Below, one piece after another: positions 34,243 to 44,119 of a stretch of 64,000 nucleotides of DNA. Each line of letters opens with the position of its first letter. Within the stretch, counting starts at the first letter, position 1. The DNA is from an uncultured Candidatus Saccharibacteria bacterium (GTDB lineage Bacteria; Patescibacteriota; Minisyncoccia; 2-02-FULL-40-12; GWA2-44-9), in contig CAZBFM010000001.1 in NCBI GenBank assembly GCA_964491455.1, positions 3,053-67,052 on the forward strand, given 5' to 3'. A program made the translations under genes and the position numbers. The notes beneath the pieces are model-generated. The model was not told the DNA's origin and did not search any database. It saw nothing but the letters and a program-made list of their open reading frames with translations.

Positions 34243-35310
34243 ATGGCAAAGAAAAAAGAAGAAAAGGTCGTTGAAGACATGAGCAGCAATAAGAACGTAT
34301 CCCTTGCGATACGTGAGATTCAGGAGAAATACGGCGAGGGCAGCATCATGAAACTCGGTGATGGGCGTCGCGTTGACGTGGATGTGATCCCAACAGGGTC
34401 AATCTCGCTTGATATCGCGCTGGGCGTGGGCGGTGTGCCTCGCGGACGTATTGTGGAGGTCTATGGACCAGAGTCATCGGGCAAGACCACCTTGGCGCTC
34501 CATTTGGTGTCAGAGGTGCAGAAGATGGGCGGTACCGCGGCATATGTGGATGCAGAGCACGCGTTGGATCCAGAGTATGCCAAGAAAATTGGCGTGAAGA
34601 TTCAGGACTTGCTTATCTCGCAACCTGACAATGGGGAGCAGGCACTCGAAATCGTAGAGACGCTCGTGAAGTCTGGCGGTGTTTCGTTGGTGGTTGTTGA
34701 TTCCGTCGCCGCATTAACTCCTCGTGCTGAAATCGAGGGCGAAATGGACCAGCAGCACGTGGGTCTCCAGGCGCGCTTGATGAGCCATGCGCTTCGCAAG
34801 CTCACCGGTGTGGTATCAAAGACTAACACGACGGTGCTGTTCATCAACCAACTTCGCATGAAGATTGGTGTTATGTTTGGCAATCCAGAGACTACCACGG
34901 GTGGTTTGGCATTAAAGTTTTATGCATCTGTGCGAGTTGAGATTCGACGAAGTGCGCAAATCCAGTCAGGCGAAAAGATAGTGGGCAATCGCATTAAGAT
35001 CAAGATTGTTAAAAACAAAGTAGCCGCACCGTTCCGCACTTGTGAGTTCGATATCCTCTACAATGAGGGTATCTCGGGACACGCCGATACGGTCAATGCT
35101 GGTATTCAGTTTGGTGTCGTAGAAAAGCAGGGGAGCTGGTATAGCTACAATGGCGAGAAGCTCGGGCAAGGCATGGAGGGTGCACGCAATTTCTTGAAAG
35201 AAAATCCGAAGATTGAAAAGGAAATCCGTACCAAGATCTATGCAGCATCTGCTGTTGTCGATGCGGAGCCCATGAAGGGTGAAATGGGCCCCAAGGTGTT
35301 CAAGCGATAG
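34243..35310 (+). CDS. recA: recombinase RecA
   Basis: …[28 protein letters not shown]… Walker A; full RecA core. Confidence 0.95.
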   Translation: MAKKKEEKVVEDMSSNKNVSLAIREIQEKYGEGSIMKLGDGRRVDVDVIPTGSISLDIALGVGGVPRGRIVEVYGPESSGKTTLALHLVSEVQKMGGTAAYVDAEHALDPEYAKKIGVKIQDLLISQPDNGEQALEIVETLVKSGGVSLVVVDSVAALTPRAEIEGEMDQQHVGLQARLMSHALRKLTGVVSKTNTTVLFINQLRMKIGVMFGNPETTTGGLALKFYASVRVEIRRSAQIQSGEKIVGNRIKIKIVKNKVAAPFRTCEFDILYNEGISGHADTVNAGIQFGVVEKQGSWYSYNGEKLGQGMEGARNFLKENPKIEKEIRTKIYAASAVVDAEPMKGEMGPKVFKR

Positions 35311-35321
35311 TACGAGTAATC

Positions 35322-35349
35322 AAAAAGAGCCCCGAGGGGCTCTTTTTGA
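35322..35349. terminator. bidirectional intrinsic terminator (agagccccgaggggctct) between recA and rpsR
   Basis: hairpin with A-run 5' and T-run 3'. Confidence 0.6.
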
Positions 35350-35356
35350 TGAGTGC

Positions 35357-35581
35357 TTAGAACTGCACCTTCTTGACGGTCTGGTTGCGAGTGAATGGCA
35401 TGAGGGCCATGAAGCGGGCAACTTTGATTGCGTTGGCGACGCGACGCTGATCTTTGTCGGACAAGCGTGTGCGTGCTGCGGCTTTGATTTTGAATTCGGA
35501 GGTGACGAACTTGCGCAGGAAGGCTACATCTTTGTAGTCGACTTTGACGAGGTTCTCACCGTGAAGAATGGTTCTTTTCAT
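35357..35581 (-). CDS. rpsR: 30S ribosomal protein S18
   Basis: 74 aa; …DYKDVAFLRKFVTSEFKI…. Confidence 0.9.
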   Translation of the reverse strand: MKRTILHGENLVKVDYKDVAFLRKFVTSEFKIKAAARTRLSDKDQRRVANAIKVARFMALMPFTRNQTVKKVQF

Positions 35582-35584
35582 GGG

Positions 35585-36091
35585 TTAGAATGGTAAATCT
35601 GCGTCGTTAATTGGTTTTGGCTCTTCATCCATGCCTGCCACAGTGAGCTCATCTTCGTTGATGACAGGGATTTCTGGTTCTGCGGAGCGCATCGGTGCTG
35701 TCGACGGCGCACGACGTACATCTGCAACGGGTGCCCCTGCTTGATATGGCGCCCCAGTTGGTCGTGGGCCGATCTGCATGTTCTCGGCTACGATTTCGGT
35801 GGTGTAGCGCTTCTGACCGGAGGTCTTATCATCCCAGCTGCGAGTCTGAAGGCGACCCTCAAAGAAGGCGAGGCTGCCCTTCTTCAGGTACTGGCCACAG
35901 ATTTCACCAAGGCGTCCCCAGCATACAATCGTGTGGTATTCGGTCGCTTCCTTTTTCTGGTGAGTGACCTGATCATTCCAGACACGATTCGTTGCGAGCT
36001 TGACGGTCGTCACGGACTGTCCGCCAGGCGTTGAGCGCATCTCTGGATCTTGTGTGAGTCGTCCGATGAGTACAACTTTGTTGAGATTCAT
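35585..36091 (-). CDS. ssb: single-stranded DNA-binding protein
   Basis: MNLNKVVLIGRLTQDPEMR… OB fold; acidic tail DADLPF. Confidence 0.9.
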   Translation of the reverse strand: MNLNKVVLIGRLTQDPEMRSTPGGQSVTTVKLATNRVWNDQVTHQKKEATEYHTIVCWGRLGEICGQYLKKGSLAFFEGRLQTRSWDDKTSGQKRYTTEIVAENMQIGPRPTGAPYQAGAPVADVRRAPSTAPMRSAEPEIPVINEDELTVAGMDEEPKPINDADLPF

Positions 36092-36102
36092 AGTGCGAGC
36101 GA

Positions 36103-36561
36103 TTAGAGATTTCCAATCACGTCTTCGACCTGTTTGTCGAGCTTGCCGCTATCAACTGCAGGCGTCTCGCTGGTCGTCTTCTTGGCGGCGGTACCTTCGC
36201 GAGCTGCTTTGGCAGCCTTGCGCTCAAGATGCTCTGCCTGCTTGATGGCGCGCTTATCTGATTCCGGTTCTAGCTTCAGGATGACGTAGCGGAGCACCTC
36301 GGTGTTGAGGCGAGCCCACTCATCAAGCTCCGACAACAGCGCATCGCTGTCTGTCGTGAACTGCATCCATGCAAAAAAGCTCTGGGTCTGATGCTTGATT
36401 GCATACGATAGCTTCCGTCGCTCGGGCTGCTGTTCAGAGGTGATAATGCCTCCGTGCTTCTGTACGAGTCCAGCTGCTTCTTGATGAATAGCTGGAACCT
36501 TTGCCTCATCCAACACCGTAGTGATGTGATAGGCGAACTCATAGTTTCGTGATTCTACCAT
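36103..36561 (-). CDS. rpsF: 30S ribosomal protein S6 (Lys/Ala-rich C-terminal extension)
   Basis: start at internal Met (MVESRNYEFAYHI…) of ORF 36103-36615; forms rpsF-ssb-rpsR operon. Confidence 0.8.
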   Translation of the reverse strand: MVESRNYEFAYHITTVLDEAKVPAIHQEAAGLVQKHGGIITSEQQPERRKLSYAIKHQTQSFFAWMQFTTDSDALLSELDEWARLNTEVLRYVILKLEPESDKRAIKQAEHLERKAAKAAREGTAAKKTTSETPAVDSGKLDKQVEDVIGNL

Positions 36562-36670
36562 GTGGTAAGTCGTCTGTTCCTTTCGGAATCGACGTTTTTG
36601 CCCCTTTCGGAGCATGGTTTATACGCTTGAAATAATAGCAAATATCTCACAAAAGTCAACGTGCTGAATA

Positions 36671-36735
36671 TTGACAATAGGTAAGAAAGAGTGTATTATA
36701 GCAACACCAGCATCGCTGGAGAAAGGACGTTTACA
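36671..36735 (+). promoter_or_regulatory. promoter (TTGACA-N17-TATTAT) plus conserved leader hairpin ACCAGCATCGCTGGAGAAAGGA overlapping the RBS
   Basis: same promoter plus leader architecture recurs at 37381-37443 upstream of the next gene. Confidence 0.5.
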
Positions 36736-37329
36736 ATGTCTGAGCAAAAGAAGTCCGGACCGCCGATTGACGATCTGAGATCGTTGGAAATGGAAGCGAA
36801 AAGCAAGAGAGCGTCTCCTGCTCTGAAGATGATGATAATGTTCATCACAATCTTCCTGGCATCCTGGGTGGGTGCCGGGGTGATGGTGCTCCTCGTGCCG
36901 GTGCTTGCGTATTTCTCGTATGACCCGACAACTGTCCGTGAATTCCCCTTGGCACTCAGTTCCTTCATTACCGGGTGGCTTGGGTACTGGATGTATCGAT
37001 GTGCCGATGAGTTCGACAAGTTACTCGCCAACGAGGGTCTTGCCAAGCGAGCCGAGCGCATTAACACCGAGGCGCAATTCTGGGGTCTCTTGAGAGATCA
37101 TGTCAGTCCGTTAGGCGTCGCAGGTATTCTTCGAGAGAAGGCCCGCATCATTCAGAGCGCCGAACGGAACATCGAGGAGCTTACGCCCATGGGTGGTCCC
37201 ATCGATCAACTCAATGAGATGAAAGATCGCATGGAAAGTGATTTCGATGCTCTTCGGGAATTTCTGATTCGGCAGTATCCCGACATGAAGGACTCGTTAG
37301 AGCACCCGAGCTACGTGTACTATCTTTAG
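36736..37329 (+). CDS. hypothetical membrane protein (2 TM plus coiled coil)
   Basis: RBS GGAGAAAGGA then ATG 36736; terminator follows. Confidence 0.55.
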   Translation: MSEQKKSGPPIDDLRSLEMEAKSKRASPALKMMIMFITIFLASWVGAGVMVLLVPVLAYFSYDPTTVREFPLALSSFITGWLGYWMYRCADEFDKLLANEGLAKRAERINTEAQFWGLLRDHVSPLGVAGILREKARIIQSAERNIEELTPMGGPIDQLNEMKDRMESDFDALREFLIRQYPDMKDSLEHPSYVYYL

Positions 37330-37337
37330 GTGCCGCG

Positions 37338-37370
37338 CAGGGGGTTCATTCGTGAACCCCTTTTTGTTTG
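37338..37370 (+). terminator. intrinsic terminator (gggggttcattcgtgaacccc + T-run)
   Basis: perfect hairpin plus TTTTTGTTTG. Confidence 0.6.
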
Positions 37371-37380
37371 CAGAAAGAAA

Positions 37381-37443
37381 TTGACACAACGAAGAAGTGA
37401 TGTATTATTTTCCTACCAGCATCGCTGGAGAAAGGATGTTCCC
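37381..37443 (+). promoter_or_regulatory. second copy of the promoter plus ACCAGCATCGCTGGAGAAAGGA leader
   Basis: TTGACA-N16-TATTAT then the identical 22-nt leader motif. Confidence 0.5.
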
Positions 37444-37824
37444 GTGGCAGAAGTTACAGAAGTAGATACTGCGGTATTGTCTGGCAAGGCGCGGCTCTTT
37501 GATGAGTTCCTGCCCGACCAGAGGGCGGTCACCACAAAACTCGAGGCCCTCGCCCTGCAGGTTGAGGTGATGTTTAAGGCCTTGAAGGCAGCTGATGTGC
37601 AGGTTGGACGATGCTCCCTGGATAGGATCGATGCGGCAATCGCGTCGCTCGAATCTGCAGGGAGTCACTACCACGAGCGACTTCGAGAGTTCACGGTCGT
37701 GTATTCGTTGATCCGAGATAACGTCGCAGGCGTGTCGCTCCTTGCCTCGTGGCAGGAGTATGCGAAGCGATATCACGAACAGGTGGAGTCGAGAGCGCCT
37801 TGGCTTGAGAATGAAGGCAGGTAG
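37444..37824 (+). CDS. hypothetical helical protein, probable GTG start
   Basis: leader RBS 8 nt upstream of GTG at 37444 (spacing as in 36736 gene); terminator follows. Confidence 0.45.
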   Translation: MAEVTEVDTAVLSGKARLFDEFLPDQRAVTTKLEALALQVEVMFKALKAADVQVGRCSLDRIDAAIASLESAGSHYHERLREFTVVYSLIRDNVAGVSLLASWQEYAKRYHEQVESRAPWLENEGR

Positions 37825-37828
37825 CGGG

Positions 37829-37858
37829 TGGGGCTCTTTCGGGAGCCCTTTTTATTTA
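37829..37858. terminator. bidirectional terminator (gggctctttcgggagccc) between 37444 gene and ychF
   Basis: hairpin plus T-run. Confidence 0.55.
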
Positions 37859-38946
37859 CCGACGAGGACTTCGACGACGTCACCATCTTGGACGACGTAG
37901 TCTTTGCCGACCACACGCACGAGTCCTTTCTGGCGCGCTACACCGTAGCCGCCGCATTCGAGGAGTTGGTTGCAAGGTATGACTTCAGCGCGAATGAAGA
38001 GGCGTTCAAAGTCGGTGTGAATGGCGCGCGATGCACGGGGCATCAGATCGCCACGATGACAGGTCCACGCGCGCGTCTCGTCGGGTCCCGTGGTCAAAAA
38101 CGAAATGAGACCAAGCGTATGGTACGCCTCGCGAATGAGGCGATCCAGCCCACTCTCGGGAAGTCCGAGCTCGGTGAGAAAGCCCGCTTTTTCCTCGCGC
38201 GACATTTCTGAGAGCTCAAGTTCGAGCTTGTTGCACATAGCCACGTATTCAGAGCCATTCATCGCCGCGAGGAGCTCGGGTGATGGTTTCCAGTCCGAGG
38301 CGAGTTGAGAATCGGACACGTTGATGACGTAGATAAACTTCTTTGCCGTCAGGAGGCTCAATTCTTTGGCCAGCGCCTGTTCGTCGTCAGAAAGCTCGAG
38401 TTGACTGATGAGCGAGCCACGCTGAAGTGCGTCGGCGAGCTTCTGAAGAAGGGGGATCTGCTCACGAATAATTTTGTCGTTGCGTGCCTTGGCTTCTGAG
38501 GTGACGATACGCTTGGAGACGGTGTCTAGATCGGCGATGATGAGCTCGGCGTTGATAATGCCGATGTCCCGGATAGGATCCACGGTCTCGTGGACGTGAA
38601 TGATGTCGCCGCCATCGAATGCACGCACGACTTGTGCGATTGCATCGACTTCACGGATGTTGGCGAGGAACTTGTTTCCCAGTCCTTCTCCTTGGCTAGC
38701 ACCTTTGACGAGGCCTGCGATGTCGGTGAATTCGATGGTCGCATATATTTGCTTTGCGGATTTTGAGAGCTCAGCCAGTTTTCCGATGCGTTCATCGGGT
38801 ACCTCAACCACGCCGACATTGGGCTCAATGGTTGTGAAGGGGTAGTTTTGGATGTCGATCTGTTTGTTGGTGACAGCCTTAAAGAGTGTGGATTTGCCCA
38901 CATTGGGAAGGCCGACGATACCGATCGCTAGTTTTGTACTCGACAT
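37852..38946 (-). CDS. ychF: ribosome-binding ATPase YchF (Obg-family GTPase)
   Basis: MSSTKLAIGIVGLPNVGKSTLF…FTTIEPNVGVV…; TGS C-terminal domain. Confidence 0.9.
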   Translation of the reverse strand: MSSTKLAIGIVGLPNVGKSTLFKAVTNKQIDIQNYPFTTIEPNVGVVEVPDERIGKLAELSKSAKQIYATIEFTDIAGLVKGASQGEGLGNKFLANIREVDAIAQVVRAFDGGDIIHVHETVDPIRDIGIINAELIIADLDTVSKRIVTSEAKARNDKIIREQIPLLQKLADALQRGSLISQLELSDDEQALAKELSLLTAKKFIYVINVSDSQLASDWKPSPELLAAMNGSEYVAMCNKLELELSEMSREEKAGFLTELGLPESGLDRLIREAYHTLGLISFLTTGPDETRAWTCHRGDLMPRASRAIHTDFERLFIRAEVIPCNQLLECGGYGVARQKGLVRVVGKDYVVQDGDVVEVLVGK

Positions 38947-40558
38947 AATTTGATGGTATTGGCAGGTAACCAGATACTTCCAACCGTTCCTGGGTAGCTA
39001 CAACTTTATCTAAAACGTTTAATATTATGCCTCTTTTTGCGTCGAAACTCAAGTTGCTGAGACTTTTCGATGCTTTCATCGCGAATGCCTTCATTTGTTC
39101 ATTGCTGGGCAATCCATCAAATCCCATTTGGTTTCCATTTCGCTTTGCAGTCTCCGCCTGTGTCTCAAGAGATGCGATCTGGGCCCTGAGCGGTACGGTG
39201 TATTCCTTTAGTTGTTCCATGGTGAACAAGCCAGCCCCGTATGCCTTGCTGTAGCGCTCCTCCTGGATCTTTAACTTTTCGATTTCCTTTTGGATAACCT
39301 CTAAGTCACCAATTGATGATTTTGATTTGCCTTGTTGTGCGCGTATCCAGCGTTTAACCTGGGCCAACATTAACTCGGGAGAACTCATCAGGCTGGAGAC
39401 TTTCTTCCATACTAAATCATCAGCGATCCTGGCGTTTACCCCTTTTTCTTGGCATCGAGGTGGAAGGGGGAAGCTATAGATCCTATCACTGCACCGATAG
39501 TAGAGATGTTTTCCGTGTTGAGGCCCCTCTCCATGCCTTTTGATCCCACATGTGCAGTAAATTCTGCCACCCAGGAGATACTCATTCTTTTTATTTCGAT
39601 CACAGAGCGCGAAGTTGCTATCAAGTTGTTTACGGGCCCGTGCAAATAATTCTGGCTCAATGATTGCAGGGACGGGAATGTTGGATGCGATCCATTCTTC
39701 TTCTGGTTTTTGTTTGCGACTGCTCTTCTTCATCTTGCGGTACTTCTCTGTGTTGGTCGGATTTTCTGGAATAACAGCATACGAGCTACCCCAATGGGCC
39801 TGTCCAATATAGGCCTTGTTCCTGAGTAGAGTGCTCAGCGTAGAAGTACTCCAGACGCCACGCTTACTCTTTCGGGGACGGATGTCGAGTTCTTGTAGCC
39901 TCCTCACAACCTTTCTTATTGTGAAAGCTTCGTCGGCAATCCATTCAAAGATCATTTTGATGACGCGAGCTTCTGCTGGGTTGATTTCATAATACCCATG
40001 AGTTTTTACTCCATTCGCTTCTCGTTGGTTGGGCACGTATGTGTAGCCATAGAGGGCTTCGCTCACGAGAATATGCCCATCTCGTACTTTCCTAAGTTTT
40101 CCTAAGCGGAAGCGCTCAGAGATTTTTGCTCGTTCATATTCAGCAAACAGACCACGTACTCCGTGAAGGATTTTATCTTCAGGATTTTTGGGAGCAGTAA
40201 CCGTGACGAAAATTACCTCAATTCCTCCCTCCTTTAACTCATCCATTACCAACTCCTGATATGAGTATCGGCGGGCAAGGCGATCTGGGTCATAAATCAG
40301 GACGGCTTCCCAGAGTTTCGCTTTGGCATCCTGACGCAGTTGATCCAGGGCGGGTCGCGCAAGCACATCTCCACTCCAGCCGTCATCGGTATATTCACGG
40401 ACAATAGTATAGCCGTTCTTGGTAGCGAACTCACGCAGAGTGTTGAGTTGGATTTGGATGGTCTGCTCCTCTTCCTGTCGCGATGTCGATACTCGCGCGT
40501 AGATTGATATGAGTTTTGTCATGTTGTTTGGCATCTTCTTGGCGGAGTACTTCTTCAA
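38879..40558 (-). CDS. large serine recombinase (resolvase catalytic domain, recombinase domain, zinc ribbon, coiled coil)
   Basis: …ISIYARVSTSRQ… catalytic Ser; CTCGIKRHG…YYRC zinc ribbon; 3' end overlaps ychF start by 67 nt. Confidence 0.9.
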   Translation of the reverse strand: MKKYSAKKMPNNMTKLISIYARVSTSRQEEEQTIQIQLNTLREFATKNGYTIVREYTDDGWSGDVLARPALDQLRQDAKAKLWEAVLIYDPDRLARRYSYQELVMDELKEGGIEVIFVTVTAPKNPEDKILHGVRGLFAEYERAKISERFRLGKLRKVRDGHILVSEALYGYTYVPNQREANGVKTHGYYEINPAEARVIKMIFEWIADEAFTIRKVVRRLQELDIRPRKSKRGVWSTSTLSTLLRNKAYIGQAHWGSSYAVIPENPTNTEKYRKMKKSSRKQKPEEEWIASNIPVPAIIEPELFARARKQLDSNFALCDRNKKNEYLLGGRIYCTCGIKRHGEGPQHGKHLYYRCSDRIYSFPLPPRCQEKGVNARIADDLVWKKVSSLMSSPELMLAQVKRWIRAQQGKSKSSIGDLEVIQKEIEKLKIQEERYSKAYGAGLFTMEQLKEYTVPLRAQIASLETQAETAKRNGNQMGFDGLPSNEQMKAFAMKASKSLSNLSFDAKRGIILNVLDKVVATQERLEVSGYLPIPSNYVEYKTSDRYRRPSQCGQIHTL

Positions 40559-40723
40559 AGAGGAGATCGAATGCCCTATCTACTGCATCCGAAGGGGCAC
40601 TTATCGGCTCATAGCACAAAGAGGGACAACGAAGTGATGCTTTGTTGCTACACAAAAGCGTTCGTTGCCCCTCTTCAAGTTCGAGGTTATCGGCATCATA
40701 TTCACTTTTGTGTAGCAAGTCCA

Positions 40724-41335
40724 TTATACTCTTTTTCGCTTATTAAGTCGCGAGAACATCCCATAACTCAGGGTTGCGCGCCGATAAAGCGTCTCTAATT
40801 TCCTCTGCTTTTTTGTTGGTCGGCCAGCATAGTAGGGGCGTTTGATCTGTTGGCTCAGTTTTTCGATCTTGTCTTCGATGCGGATTGCGTCGAAAAGGGG
40901 AGCGTATGAGAAGTTGCGGTTTTCATTTCGCGAGTTGTAGGTCAGGTTGTAACAATGGCGACAGGCAAAATAGTCACCGTCTTTGTACAAGACTCCCACT
41001 CGTCGGCCGCAGTACACGCCACCTTTGTACCAAGGGCATTGGAACCAATATCGCTTCCCTCCATAACGGCACGGAGTTGTAACGAGAGGGATCTGGTAGT
41101 CAAACTCCTTTTTCTCGCCATCCGAGTCGGTTTGTGTGTAGTGGAAGCGTGCATGGCTTTGTCCTTGCATGGTTGCAACAACGATGCCTATGCTGCTTTT
41201 ATCACCCCATGCGCTTGTCCACTCGATCGTTCCAGATCTCCAGCCACAAAAATACTGGTGCCTCCTGAGAAAGCTCACCGATACTTTTTTTAGGCCATCT
41301 GCCTCTGTTTTTCCTCCATAACTCCATCGTCCCAT
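40724..41335 (-). CDS. hypothetical Cys-rich protein (putative zinc finger), island-borne
   Basis: 203 aa; multiple CxxC pairs (CRYGGKRYWFQCPW…CRHCYN). Confidence 0.45.
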   Translation of the reverse strand: MGRWSYGGKTEADGLKKVSVSFLRRHQYFCGWRSGTIEWTSAWGDKSSIGIVVATMQGQSHARFHYTQTDSDGEKKEFDYQIPLVTTPCRYGGKRYWFQCPWYKGGVYCGRRVGVLYKDGDYFACRHCYNLTYNSRNENRNFSYAPLFDAIRIEDKIEKLSQQIKRPYYAGRPTKKQRKLETLYRRATLSYGMFSRLNKRKRV

Positions 41336-41467
41336 GGTGGTATCTGTTATTTACCGAAATCATTTGAGATTGCGGGGGTCGTTTTTCACTAAACGATTGT
41401 ATTTCCTTGATTTTTACAATGAGTTTTCGGACATTTCCGACAACCATAATGTTAACTTTTGTTAACC

Positions 41468-43672
41468 TCAGAAGGGCAGTTCGGTGCCCTGATCTTGCCC
41501 TGTTTCCTCGTCATCCTGTTGGGTCACGTTAGTAGTTACCCCACCCTGCGTATCACTATATTCAGTGCCATCCGAAAGCTGCTTTGGGGAGGATGGGTAA
41601 ATCAACATCTTGCGTTTATCCGACGGGTCCTGCTCCTGGATAATGAGGCCCGCCGTTTCCAGCATTGGCAGGATTTGTTGGCGAAGTTGGTTGGAGTTCA
41701 GTATTCGGCCATACACTGTTAAATGCTTATCCAGCACCTCTTGTCGCGTAAGACCAGCTTTGCTCGCCAGGAGCGTGTAATCGGTGCCCTGGCCCGCGTT
41801 TTTGGCGTTCCAGAGGGGTACGATGACCTCGGTATAGAGGTTATAGATATAGGGTGGCAGGTTGAGTTCTTGGCTAACTGCGATTTTCTCCCAGAGTTTA
41901 AATGCGGCATCGATGTCAGCATCGTTGGCGGTGATCGTTGAGCCGCTACGCTCTCGCCACCACACATTGAGAAGTGCGAACGATTTGACGATCGACAGGA
42001 GGCGCTTGATGTCTCGCTGGTGGCGTGGCTTGAGTGTCTTGTTGTCGCGCAAATACTTCTCTTGGATGCGGTCTTTGGATGCGATGTTGATGTCTTTGAT
42101 CTTCTCCAGCTTGATAGCGTGGATGCGCTTTTTTAGGAGCATGCGATCGGGATTTTCCTCGAGCCAACTCACGAAGTCTTTGCTATTAGCTTCTTTACTG
42201 ATGATCGCACTGATGCTTTGCTGGATTTTCTCTTGATTGACTTCGGGCGAGAGAAGCAGAAAGCGGGTCGCCTCTTGTTCATCAATTTTCAGGCCTGCAG
42301 TGCAGAAAATAACGGAGGGGAAGCCACGCAAAAGAATATTCTTCGTTTTGAGACCAGCTTTCTGGGACTTATCAGTAATCTTGAGGGTGATCTCCTTTTT
42401 GTCGTGCGAAAGGAGGGGGCGAAGACGGGCCAAGAGTTCGTTGTGGGGCATGTCCAAGAAGATGAGGATCTTGTTGGATAGATCGACGAGGTACTGGTTC
42501 TTTTCTTTATCGTACTGCCCCGCATCGTGGAAGAAGGCGGTGGGGCTACAGTAAGCGATTTCCATGACATCATCCTGCGGGAAGAGACGAGCGATTTCAG
42601 TGGGAATATAACTCTTACCCGTTGAGCTTGGTGCGTTATAACTAATATTAAATTGGCTGTTTTCGGTGTACGCCGAGAGCTCACAAAGGAATGTGGCGAG
42701 CTTGTTTTCGGCATCGTATTTGATGGTCAGCCCCAGTGTCTCGATGAGTTGATCGGCAGTAAGCGGTTGGAACTGAGAGGTATCAATCCGTTCTGGGTAA
42801 GGCTTAGCATATTTGTCGAACAGGTCTTCGCCAATACCATTGAGGCTTGTGAAGTAATCGGTGATGTCGCCATGCTCTCCGACTTCCGTTGGCAGCGTGA
42901 TGAGGTGCGTTTCACGTCCACCATTGTCCACCATTTCGGCGACTCGTGACGCCCCTTTTCGGCCCGCTTCGTCATTATCGAAGCAAACGTAAATAGCTTT
43001 GATTGTTTGATTTTTAATCAGTTTTTCAACCCATTCATCTTTGAAGGTTCCAGCGCCGTGGGTTGAAGTAATGGCGGGGATACCATGAGTCACCAAAAGC
43101 AGACGATCCAGTTCTCCTTCGCAGATTACCAGGCGATCGTGAGCTTCTTCGAGTGTAGTCCAGTCATATAGCTGAGCCTGAGCACCCTTGGGATAGGTGA
43201 TCTTGTCATCGCCCATGACTGGATCTTGGCGCAGTTTGAAAAACGAGTAATTGCCAAAGGCATCCTTGATAGGGATAGTAATCCAGGATTTGCGGTAATA
43301 ATGACCATAACCGATCTTATATGTATCGATGATGGCATCAGAAAGACCGCGCTTGTGAAGGTACTCGCGAATGTGTGGAGGAAGAGCTCGGTGGCAATTT
43401 TCTACAGTTTCGGCATTGAAGACTTGTATCTTGCGCGGGCGCGTTAAGGTGTCTCCAAAATGCTTGGCCAGAGTGACCAGATTACCGCGTTCACCGCATT
43501 TCTTGCAGTCGTATTGGCCTGTTTCAGCATTGAAATACAGGTGGGCCTCGTTGCGTCGGCTGTCTTCATCGCATCCATTGAATACACAGTGAGTGATGAG
43601 CTCATTGCCGTGCTCGCGAAATTCAATGCCTTTCTGTGTCAGATAATCACGGATAGTAATAGTATGTGTCAT
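41468..43672 (-). CDS. DNA primase (CHC2 zinc finger plus TOPRIM) fused to P-loop NTPase (D5/SF3-like), mobile-element replication protein
   Basis: N-terminal HCxFxxC…CxxCG zinc finger; TOPRIM ICEGELD…CFDNDEAG; Walker A APSSTGKS; C-terminal wHTH. Confidence 0.75.
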   Translation of the reverse strand: MTHTITIRDYLTQKGIEFREHGNELITHCVFNGCDEDSRRNEAHLYFNAETGQYDCKKCGERGNLVTLAKHFGDTLTRPRKIQVFNAETVENCHRALPPHIREYLHKRGLSDAIIDTYKIGYGHYYRKSWITIPIKDAFGNYSFFKLRQDPVMGDDKITYPKGAQAQLYDWTTLEEAHDRLVICEGELDRLLLVTHGIPAITSTHGAGTFKDEWVEKLIKNQTIKAIYVCFDNDEAGRKGASRVAEMVDNGGRETHLITLPTEVGEHGDITDYFTSLNGIGEDLFDKYAKPYPERIDTSQFQPLTADQLIETLGLTIKYDAENKLATFLCELSAYTENSQFNISYNAPSSTGKSYIPTEIARLFPQDDVMEIAYCSPTAFFHDAGQYDKEKNQYLVDLSNKILIFLDMPHNELLARLRPLLSHDKKEITLKITDKSQKAGLKTKNILLRGFPSVIFCTAGLKIDEQEATRFLLLSPEVNQEKIQQSISAIISKEANSKDFVSWLEENPDRMLLKKRIHAIKLEKIKDINIASKDRIQEKYLRDNKTLKPRHQRDIKRLLSIVKSFALLNVWWRERSGSTITANDADIDAAFKLWEKIAVSQELNLPPYIYNLYTEVIVPLWNAKNAGQGTDYTLLASKAGLTRQEVLDKHLTVYGRILNSNQLRQQILPMLETAGLIIQEQDPSDKRKMLIYPSSPKQLSDGTEYSDTQGGVTTNVTQQDDEETGQDQGTELPF

Positions 43673-43684
43673 GTTGGGTAATAG

Positions 43685-43972
43685 TTATTCTGAGTACAGC
43701 TGATTTTTGAGAGCCTTAATGGTGTCGAAGAAGGCCCGTGCCTTTACGGTAAGTTGATCCAGGAAGTATTGATTTGCACGATCTTCAATTCCATCCTGTC
43801 TTTTGAAGATAAACAGGGCCTTTCGGGGGTCGTCTTTGTTCAGCGATAGTAGTTCGAAGCCACTGCACGCGAGGGCAGCGCTAACGCCGAGGTCATAGGT
43901 CGTGAAGACCAGTGATGGGTCATCTAACGGTATATACTGATATTCCTTGGGCCGACTTTTATTTTTGGGCAT
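43685..43972 (-). CDS. hypothetical small protein (island-borne)
   Basis: 95 aa ORF directly upstream of primase on same strand. Confidence 0.4.
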   Translation of the reverse strand: MPKNKSRPKEYQYIPLDDPSLVFTTYDLGVSAALACSGFELLSLNKDDPRKALFIFKRQDGIEDRANQYFLDQLTVKARAFFDTIKALKNQLYSE

Positions 43973-44119
43973 TGTAATGGGGTGATATTTTAATTGATGA
44001 GAGATCGACCATGACCCTCGCTATATGTGCTGAAAGGTCAGCGCAAGAAAAAACCTTGTCGTAAAACAAGGCTTTTCTCGGCTTGATTGGCCAAATAAAC
44101 CTCCTGATTTTTCAGGAGG

